Positions 57,428 to 64,000 of a stretch of 64,000 nt of DNA are shown here, one piece after another. The notes under the pieces were generated by a model. It did no database searches. It was not told the DNA's origin and worked only from the letters and a program-made list of their open reading frames with translations. How positions within the stretch are numbered: position 1 is the first letter of the stretch; each line of letters begins with the position of its first letter. A program made the position numbers and the translations under genes. The DNA is from Chloroflexota bacterium (GTDB lineage: Bacteria > Chloroflexota > Anaerolineae > UBA1429), in contig JAAYDC010000006.1 in NCBI GenBank assembly GCA_012729455.1, positions 27,782 through 91,781 of the forward strand. Reading direction: 5' to 3'.

Positions 57428-59590
57428 CTAAAGCGATTCGTGTTCGGTGCGAAGGATAATTTCTTCCTGCATGCGCGGCGAGAGCCCGACGAAATAGTCG
57501 CTGTAGCCGCCGATGCGCACCACCAAGTCGCGATATTGTTCGGGGTGCGATTGGGCAGCCAAAAGGACCTCTTTATCGACCACATTGACCTGGATCTCAA
57601 AACCGCCGCGCTGGATAAAGGTATCCACCAGGTTGCACAGACTTTGCGCAAAAGTGTCGCGCTGGCCAGTGCGAGCGAATTTGAGGTTCACGGCGATGCC
57701 GCCCAACATGGGGGTGTGGTCCCATTTGGTCGACGAGAGCACCGCTGCAGTCGGCCCCAGCCGTTCACGCCCCTGAGCAGGGCCCGAGCCGTCGCCCAGG
57801 GCTTGGGCGGCCAAGCGGCCATCGGCTGAGGCAGCCGTCACCTCGCCAAGGCGTTCGTGCATAATCCAGCAAAACAGCCCGGGATGGTAGTCGTCCCCCA
57901 AAAAGGTGCGGTAGCGTGCGCACTCGGCCCTAATGCGCTCGGTCACGCGCACCGCCAGCTGGTCGACCGAATCGTCGTCGTTGCCGTACTTGGGTACCTG
58001 GTTGAGGAACATCAGCCGCAGGTCTTCGCGTCCGGCATAGTTGCTGGCCAGCACCTCGGCCAGTTCGCTCAGGCTGATGCGCGGCTCGTCGTAGACAAAC
58101 TTGCGGATCACAGCCAGGGTATCCACCAGGTTGGCGAGCCCCACAAAGGAGGGCTCGATCCAATTGTGGCGGGCGCCGCCGCGGTCGATATCCAATCCGC
58201 GTGCCAAGCAGTCATTGACAAAGCACGAGAGCAGCGGCCATCCGCCATGATAATAACGCGTCATCTGGTTGGTGTTTTCACCGATCACGCCATGCAGCAG
58301 GAGCTCGGAGAGCTGCGCCTCGTAGGCTGCCAGCAGGCTCTCGAAATCCGGGTAGTCGGCCGGCTGGCTGGTAAGCCCCTGGGTTTGCGCTGCCCCAGCT
58401 CCGCGCGCCAGCGGGGCAATGCCCAACAGGTCGTGCAGGGGCTCCAGAAGGTTTATGTAGGGGCTTGCAACATAGACATTGGAGGAGGCAACCGGCGTCA
58501 TCTCGACGCAGGTGCTGTGCTGGTAAAGGCAGGCTTCGGCGGGCGGCAAACCGGCCTCGAGCATCCCCTGTGTGATGACCTCATCGTTAAAGATGGCCGG
58601 GTGGCTGAGCCCCTCGGACAAGAGCTCGCTGGCCAGCTGTTTAATATCCTCAGGCATCTCGGGCGTCCAGCACAGGCCGATGCCCGGATATGCCAGACGC
58701 GTATGGCGGATGGAACGCAAAAAGAGGCGCGTCAGATCGTTGCAGATATCCTTACCGCTGCCATCGCGCCCGCCCACCATGAAACCCACCGCCAGGCTGC
58801 GCGGTGTATAGACGTTAAAGAGCATGCACAGGCAGTCGATCAGTTCCTGCGCGCCGGCCTCGTCGATGGTGCCGTTCTTCAAATCACGCTCGTAATAGGG
58901 GAGCAGGTAACGGTCGGGGCGCCCCAGCTGGAAGAGCAGCATCATCTGGCTGGCGCACAGCGCAAAGGTCACCAGATGGATGGCCTGCATCGCCTCGTAA
59001 AAGCTGGTCGCCGGGTGCTCTGGCACGCGCCGGCAAATGTTGGCGATCTCGTATAGCTCCATGGCGCGCCTGGAATCGGCACGCGCTGCCAACTCTTCGG
59101 CATGCACCGCATAACGCTCCGAAAACGTCGAGAGGCCGTCCAGGGCGATCAAACAGGCGCGGTAAAAGGCATCCTTTTCGAGCTCGGAGGGCACCGTCAG
59201 GTTGAGGCGGCTGCGGAAGACGGCGATGCGTTCGCGGATGCCTACTAACCCGTGGCGCAGCAAGAGCTCATAGTCGATCGCCATATGCGCCCTTTGCCCC
59301 AGGACGGGCGAGGCAGCGCGGGAGGCATCTTTTTGCCAATGGGTCAACTCTTCTTGTTCGGCATCCGTGAGCTTGCGGCTGGGGAACTTGCCCACCAGGA
59401 GCTCGTCGTCGCCAATCTCGGGCGTCAGGCCGGTTAGCACCGCGGCGGTCGCCTGAGCACGCCGCACCAGCGGCCAGGGCTCGCGCGTGGTCGCAAGCCA
59501 CGAGCGTCCCCACAACAGCTCTGGCTCGCTGCTGTGGACCGAGCCCTGTTCCAGAAATGCGGCGCGTAACCGCTCGATGCGTTCCGTCAT
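57428..59590 (-). CDS. glycyl radical enzyme, PFL2/eliminase clade (C-x-E active-site loop), substrate unknown
   Basis: The C-terminal glycine-radical loop is VRIGGYSDYFVGL. The Cys loop is STCVEMTP, which has the Cys-x-Glu arrangement seen in GDH, CutC, HypD and PD rather than the Cys-Cys of PFL. The product is 720 aa. A GAGAGGAG RBS is present. Confidence 0.8.
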   Translation of the reverse strand: MTERIERLRAAFLEQGSVHSSEPELLWGRSWLATTREPWPLVRRAQATAAVLTGLTPEIGDDELLVGKFPSRKLTDAEQEELTHWQKDASRAASPVLGQRAHMAIDYELLLRHGLVGIRERIAVFRSRLNLTVPSELEKDAFYRACLIALDGLSTFSERYAVHAEELAARADSRRAMELYEIANICRRVPEHPATSFYEAMQAIHLVTFALCASQMMLLFQLGRPDRYLLPYYERDLKNGTIDEAGAQELIDCLCMLFNVYTPRSLAVGFMVGGRDGSGKDICNDLTRLFLRSIRHTRLAYPGIGLCWTPEMPEDIKQLASELLSEGLSHPAIFNDEVITQGMLEAGLPPAEACLYQHSTCVEMTPVASSNVYVASPYINLLEPLHDLLGIAPLARGAGAAQTQGLTSQPADYPDFESLLAAYEAQLSELLLHGVIGENTNQMTRYYHGGWPLLSCFVNDCLARGLDIDRGGARHNWIEPSFVGLANLVDTLAVIRKFVYDEPRISLSELAEVLASNYAGREDLRLMFLNQVPKYGNDDDSVDQLAVRVTERIRAECARYRTFLGDDYHPGLFCWIMHERLGEVTAASADGRLAAQALGDGSGPAQGRERLGPTAAVLSSTKWDHTPMLGGIAVNLKFARTGQRDTFAQSLCNLVDTFIQRGGFEIQVNVVDKEVLLAAQSHPEQYRDLVVRIGGYSDYFVGLSPRMQEEIILRTEHESL

Positions 59591-59606
59591 ATCCCCATAT
59601 CTCCTC

Positions 59607-60509
59607 TCAGCTGTGCTTGACCTGAATGCCCGCCTGAGCGGCAATCTCAGTCAGCTCATCCATCAGCTCTTTAGCGGGACGTTTGATCTCACGGGCACGG
59701 TAATCCATGCCCAGGCTATCGTACTTACCGGATGCCATCGGATGAAACGCTAGCAGCTCGTAATAAAGCAGGTTGGGCAACTCGGCCGCAAAGTGCGCAA
59801 TAGCGCTGATCTCCTCGGGAGTATCGTTAACGCCCGGCACCAGCGGGGTACGGATGATCAGTGGTTTGCCCTGCGCAGCCAGGGAGCGCAGGTTCGCCAG
59901 GATGCGCTCGTTCGAGACACCAGTGCATTCGCGGTGGCGGGCGTCGTCCATCAGTTTGACGTCCGCCATCACGAGGTCGGTGACGTCTAAAATCGCCTCG
60001 ACGCGGGCCCATGGGAAATGCAGCGCCGTCTCGATGGCAGTATGCAGACCCTGTTCGCGGCTCAATCGCAGGATCTCGTGAGCAAAGTCGAACTGCAGCA
60101 GGGGTTCGCCGCCCGAAAGAGTGATGCCGCCCTGTGAAGTCTCGTAAAAGGGCTTGTCGCGCAGCACCTCGTCAACGACTTCCTGAGCCGTCTTGACCTC
60201 GCCGGCGATGACCAGCGCTTCAGCATAACAAGTCTCAGCACAGCGCCCGCAGGCCTCGCAGCGCTCGCGATGATAGGCGCGCCCGTCGAGCAACTGCTCG
60301 TGAGCTGCGTTCGGGCAGCGCTCAAAGCAGGCGCCGCAGCCGATGCAGCGGTTCGGGAAAATCTGCAGCTGGCGTTTGGGTTCGAGCGTCTCGGGATTGT
60401 GGCACCAAAAGCAACGCAGGTTGCAGCCCTTGAAAAAGACGGTCGTGCGGATGCCCGGGCCATCGTGAATTGAAAAACGCTGAATATTGGTAACGATGCC
60501 GTTGACCAC
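59607..60509 (-). CDS. glycyl-radical enzyme activating protein (radical SAM, with inserted 2x[4Fe-4S] ferredoxin-like domain)
   Basis: The rSAM cluster lies in GCNLRCFWCHNPE and additional CxxCxxC(x)nCP clusters follow. The start codon is GTG. Confidence 0.85.
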   Translation of the reverse strand: MVNGIVTNIQRFSIHDGPGIRTTVFFKGCNLRCFWCHNPETLEPKRQLQIFPNRCIGCGACFERCPNAAHEQLLDGRAYHRERCEACGRCAETCYAEALVIAGEVKTAQEVVDEVLRDKPFYETSQGGITLSGGEPLLQFDFAHEILRLSREQGLHTAIETALHFPWARVEAILDVTDLVMADVKLMDDARHRECTGVSNERILANLRSLAAQGKPLIIRTPLVPGVNDTPEEISAIAHFAAELPNLLYYELLAFHPMASGKYDSLGMDYRAREIKRPAKELMDELTEIAAQAGIQVKHS

Positions 60510-60671
60510 GATCCCCTCGCCCTATGAGATGCTGCGTACTAGGATCACATATTACCCCGAACCCACGAAAATGACCACTCCGCAATTCTCAGGGCGGATC
60601 GAACGGGCGCACTGGCGGCGCGAATGTCGTATAATGGAGCCAGACGGTCTTGCGCGCAGGGAGGATCGCTC

Positions 60672-62351
60672 GTGGCACGCATTTATCCGCAACGCCTCAG
60701 CCCCGAAACAAATAGTTATGCCGAGCGCCAGCTGTACGAGGCTCTGGCCGACACATTGCCCAACGACTATTGCGTATTCCACAGCGTGCGCTGGCTGCTG
60801 CGCGACGGATACAGCGGTACTCGCGACGGCGAAGCCGACTTTGTGGTAGCACACCCGGACAAAGGCTTGCTGGTGATCGAGGTCAAGGGCGGCAGCATCG
60901 GCTACGACGGCGCGCTCGACCAGTGGAGCAGCAACGGCAACCCGATCAAAGACCCCTTTGCGCAGGCACAGAATAACAAATACAGCCTGTTGAGCAAGCT
61001 CAAGGAAGCGCCCTTTTGGCGCGACCGCTTTATCAGCCTGGGACACGCGGTAGCCTTCCCGGATGTCACCGTTCGCGGCGATCTGCGCATGGACGCACCG
61101 CGCGAGATCATCCTGGATCGTGCCGACATGGCCGACCTGCCGGCCGCCATCGAGCGTATCTACCGCGCCTTCGCCGATGATCGAAGCGATGTCCTTGGCA
61201 GCGCCGGCATCACTGCGCTGATCGATGTGCTGAGCCCGTCGCGCGAAATCAGGCGCCTGCTCTCGGCCGATATCAGCCACGAAGCTCAGGAGATGCTAGA
61301 GCTCACGGATAACCAGTTCCGCCTGCTGGATATCCTCACTTACCAGCGGCGTGTGGCTGTTTCGGGCTGCGCCGGCTCGGGCAAGACCACCTTGGCCATC
61401 GAGCAGGCCCGCCGGCTGCACGCCCAGGGCTTTCGTGTGCTGCTGACCTGTTTTAACGTGCATATGGCAGAGTATTTCCGCAGTCTCGGTCTGCCGAGTG
61501 AGATCGTGATCGACCATTTCCACCATTTGGCAGCTGATTATTGCCGGCAGGCCGGCATGGCGCTGCAGGAACCGAGCGATGATGAGGCAGCCAGGTTCTA
61601 TGACGAGCTGCCAGAGCGCCTGATGGAGGCGATCGAGGTGATCGGCCCGCAGTTCGATGCTATCGTGGTAGATGAAGGCCAGGACCTGGATTTGCTGGCG
61701 TGGACCAGCCTGCAGGCTCTGCTGTGCGAGCCGGATACCGGTATCCTGTACGTCTTTTATGACGACAATCAGACGCTTTATCCGCGTGCCGGCGCGATCC
61801 CCAGCGAGCTGCGACAGGCGGCCTTGTCGCTCACCGATAATCTGCGCAACACTCAGGCGATCCACCAGGCGTTTTTACCCTTTTACCACGCAGAGCGCAT
61901 GCCGCGTTCGGTGGGGCCGGCCGGGCGTGTGCCCGAAATCCAATACTACCAGAACGAGGTCCAGCTAAAATCCCAGTTGCGGGGGCTGCTCAATCGGCTG
62001 CTGGTGGCCGAACTGGTGCCGGCAGGTAATATCACCATACTGACGCCGCGCAGTGCAGAAAATAGTCCCATGGCGAGCTGGAAGATCCTGGGGAATAACC
62101 GATTTAACCTGAGCGGCTCGCTCAAGCCCGGCGAGATCCGTGTGCGCTCGATCTACAAGTTCAAGGGGCTGGAGAGCGCGGTAGTGATCGTGGTAGGCCT
62201 CAGCACGCGCGACTTTCAGGATCTTAACAAGCTGCTGTATGTAGCCTGCTCGCGAGCCTGCAACCACCTGTTTATCCTGGCAGAAGAGGGCTTGCCCGAT
62301 GAGTATCGCGCCCGTCTGGCCGCCCCCAGATGGCAACTGACCGAAAGCTAG
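60672..62351 (+). CDS. NERD (nuclease-related) domain fused to SF1 UvrD-like helicase core
   Basis: The N-terminal NERD domain is ERQLYEAL…DGEADFVVAHPDKGLLVIEVKGG. It is followed by a Walker A motif (GCAGSGKTTLA), a DEGQD Walker B motif and C-terminal helicase motifs. A TATAAT -10 element lies at 60630–60635. A GGGAGG RBS precedes the GTG start. Confidence 0.7.
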   Translation: MARIYPQRLSPETNSYAERQLYEALADTLPNDYCVFHSVRWLLRDGYSGTRDGEADFVVAHPDKGLLVIEVKGGSIGYDGALDQWSSNGNPIKDPFAQAQNNKYSLLSKLKEAPFWRDRFISLGHAVAFPDVTVRGDLRMDAPREIILDRADMADLPAAIERIYRAFADDRSDVLGSAGITALIDVLSPSREIRRLLSADISHEAQEMLELTDNQFRLLDILTYQRRVAVSGCAGSGKTTLAIEQARRLHAQGFRVLLTCFNVHMAEYFRSLGLPSEIVIDHFHHLAADYCRQAGMALQEPSDDEAARFYDELPERLMEAIEVIGPQFDAIVVDEGQDLDLLAWTSLQALLCEPDTGILYVFYDDNQTLYPRAGAIPSELRQAALSLTDNLRNTQAIHQAFLPFYHAERMPRSVGPAGRVPEIQYYQNEVQLKSQLRGLLNRLLVAELVPAGNITILTPRSAENSPMASWKILGNNRFNLSGSLKPGEIRVRSIYKFKGLESAVVIVVGLSTRDFQDLNKLLYVACSRACNHLFILAEEGLPDEYRARLAAPRWQLTES

Positions 62352-62363
62352 AGAGAGGAGATC

Positions 62364-63143
62364 ATGCAGCAGATCATACGAGAAGCCGCCTCAGGAGACG
62401 GCTTTCCGCCAGGCACCGAACATATACGGTTTATCAGCGACTGTGATGGAGCAGCCGACTGGTTTTACCATACCCCGGGCAATCCCCAACGGCGTACGGT
62501 GGTTTTCCTGCACGGCGCCCTCAGCCAGGGCGATCAGATCTACACCCGCGCGGATGTGCGGGCCTTTTGGCTTGAGCGTGTGCTGGCGGGGAGCCACCCC
62601 CTGCTGGCGCTTAATGTGCGCGGTACCTCGTACATGAACCCGGCAACCGCGGCGGATACCCACGCGCTACTGGGGTGGGCACGCCGCGAACTGGGCTTGA
62701 ACCAGATCACGCTGCTGGGCGGCTCCGGCGGGGCGATCAGCGCGTTGATCTATGGCCTGCTCTACCCGGACGACGTGCAGGGCATCATCACGCTGGGGGC
62801 CTGCGACCTTGCACGCTGGTATGCCTTCCTGGCGCGCGGCGGGGCGCCCATCCTGGATACCCTCGCCGAGACGGTGCGTGCGGCATACGGAGGCACCCCT
62901 GACGAGGCGCCAGCCTTGTATCAAGCCCACTCGGTGCTGGCACACGCCGACCGCATCACGGTGCCGACCGTGCTGACGCATGGCGAGGCGGATACGCTCA
63001 TCCCGGTAGAGGAAGCCCGTGCGGTGGCGGCGGCGCTGGCGGGGAATGCAGAATTTCGCTACATCGAGGTGCCGGGCGGCGACCACGACTCAGCGGTGTG
63101 GGTGGATGTGGATCTGGAGACGCTGGAGGTGCGGGAAGGTTAA
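62364..63143 (+). CDS. alpha/beta hydrolase (Ser hydrolase; dienelactone hydrolase/peptidase S9-like)
   Basis: The product has a nucleophile elbow (GGSGG) and a C-terminal HGEADTLIP…GGDH motif. A GAGGAG RBS is present. Confidence 0.7.
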   Translation: MQQIIREAASGDGFPPGTEHIRFISDCDGAADWFYHTPGNPQRRTVVFLHGALSQGDQIYTRADVRAFWLERVLAGSHPLLALNVRGTSYMNPATAADTHALLGWARRELGLNQITLLGGSGGAISALIYGLLYPDDVQGIITLGACDLARWYAFLARGGAPILDTLAETVRAAYGGTPDEAPALYQAHSVLAHADRITVPTVLTHGEADTLIPVEEARAVAAALAGNAEFRYIEVPGGDHDSAVWVDVDLETLEVREG

Positions 63144-63387
63144 TACTGGCTGCTGTTTGACAAGCTTTGTCGTACGGTCTTTTGCCGGTGCAACCATTAT
63201 CGGCAGGATGATATCACTGCACGGGCCGCCGGCGCCTGACGGTACCTCCACCGAAGAGCTTACACAGTCGACTGGCTGATTGAAACCGATTGCCCCAAAG
63301 ACGGCGAGTTGTATGCCGGCACATCAGAACACGTCAGCCTTTATGCTCCCTGCCGACGCCTCGACTAGCTAACAGTTATAGATTTTC

Positions 63388-63428
63388 CCGCTCCAGACCT
63401 GCGGCGTGGGTCTGGAGCGGTTCTTGTT
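63388..63428 (+). terminator. orphan intrinsic-terminator-like hairpin (12-bp stem ccgctccagacc / ggtctggagcgg, followed by TTCTTGTT)
   Basis: The hairpin lies 245 nt downstream of the nearest plus-strand gene and just beyond the stop of the minus-strand gene at 63439. Confidence 0.35.
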
Positions 63429-63438
63429 GCCGAACGCC

Positions 63439-64000
63439 CTACCTGGCCTGGTACACCCGCACTTCACCGACGATGCCCGTCGGGTCGATGGCGGGCTGGT
63501 CCATCCAGAAGCGGTTCTGCACGCCGATCTTGCGCACCTTGCGATCCAAAGTGGTAGCCACCTCGATGCGCAGCTTGTTCATCCCTGGCTGCGCCAGGTT
63601 CCCAAGATCAAACAGATAGGGCGGGGTGATGCGCATGCCGGCGTACTGGCCGTTGCACCACACCTCGACGCCCTCGTATGCCTCGCCAATCTCGAGCAGG
63701 GTGCCGGCGGCGGCATCGAACTCGGTCTCGTAGGCCAAAAAGCCGCTGAAATCCGGATCGTGTGCGGCATAGCTCTCGAGCACGTCGACCTGATAGGCTG
63801 GGGTAAAGTGCGGATAAGCCTTGCTCTCTGCCGATGAGACCTGCCAGCCCGCCAGCAGCGTGCCCTCACCCTGTTTGACAGGTTTGGCCACCAGCTCTTG
63901 TGTGACCTCACCCACCACTACGACGGCTAGCTCGTAGGGCGAGATCGTCAGGTGAAAGCGCGTGCCGTCAGCGCTGGTGGACTGCTCGAGCGGGCGCATC
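63439..64000 (-). CDS. hypothetical protein, C-terminal part only (gene continues past the window 3' edge); possible glycoside-hydrolase sugar-binding jelly-roll-like domain
   Basis: The open frame runs to the window end. EGVEVWCNGQYAGMRITPPYLFDLGNLAQPGMNKLRIEV resembles the GH2-type sugar-binding domain pattern. Confidence 0.35.
   Translation of the reverse strand, partial: MRPLEQSTSADGTRFHLTISPYELAVVVVGEVTQELVAKPVKQGEGTLLAGWQVSSAESKAYPHFTPAYQVDVLESYAAHDPDFSGFLAYETEFDAAAGTLLEIGEAYEGVEVWCNGQYAGMRITPPYLFDLGNLAQPGMNKLRIEVATTLDRKVRKIGVQNRFWMDQPAIDPTGIVGEVRVYQAR

Noticed and set aside
1-64000. CRISPR arrays, IS elements, integrases, phage genes, tRNA/rRNA
   Set aside because: I found none. The window contains no regularly spaced short repeats, transposase-like or integrase-like ORFs, or cloverleaf-capable intergenic segments.

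Overview
This 64-kb window is a high-GC (about 60–65%) bacterial chromosomal segment. Genes are densely packed, with about 60 protein-coding genes and much translational coupling. I found no rRNA, tRNA, IS element, transposase, integrase, phage gene or CRISPR array. Gene content suggests a Chloroflexota-like anaerobe or facultative anaerobe, but that assignment is a guess. The supporting genes are FabK-type FAS II, a LysM-Gmad2 protein, a B12-radical SAM protein, a glycyl radical enzyme and Ni-dependent LarA-family proteins.

Genes run in this order: ilvB (partial) and ilvD; an orphan TAT-lipoprotein solute-binding protein; a nagB-like gene; glnS; an MFS transporter; a NitT/TauT ABC transporter behind a consensus promoter and a long structured leader; a three-gene module of polytopic antiporter-like membrane proteins; a Yip1 protein; pcrA/uvrD; a divergent FAS II cluster (fabK-fabD-fabG on one strand, fabF-fabH on the other) in which fabH is frameshifted; MaoC; SanA; a GyrI-like protein; LarA paralog 1; a GH20 hexosaminidase pseudogene with three in-frame TAG codons and two frameshifts; DUF4342 and DUF4867-like proteins; an EamA transporter; an aminotransferase; a secreted protein with tandem FlgD-Ig domains; two GT2 glycosyltransferases; hpf; a TPR protein; a LysM-Gmad2 protein; an S58 peptidase; the coaBC-coaX-ECF transporter operon; a Zn-ADH; a sugar-phosphate isomerase; an ADP-ribosylglycohydrolase-jelly-roll fusion; a URO-D-like protein; a membrane-anchored hypothetical protein; a NERD-helicase fusion; an alpha/beta hydrolase; and a partial gene at the 3' edge.

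The most interesting locus is a 10.4-kb, eight-gene, single-strand operon (50107–60509). It contains a glycyl radical enzyme activase, a C-x-E eliminase-type glycyl radical enzyme, an SDR, a HAD phosphatase, LarA paralog 2, a Gnd homolog, a PPi-signature Pfk with a GGNDS variant motif, and a B12-radical SAM protein. The ribosome-binding site of the last gene is sequestered by a perfect 13-bp long-range helix. This looks like an undescribed anaerobic sugar-acid or sugar-phosphate pathway built around a glycyl radical enzyme.
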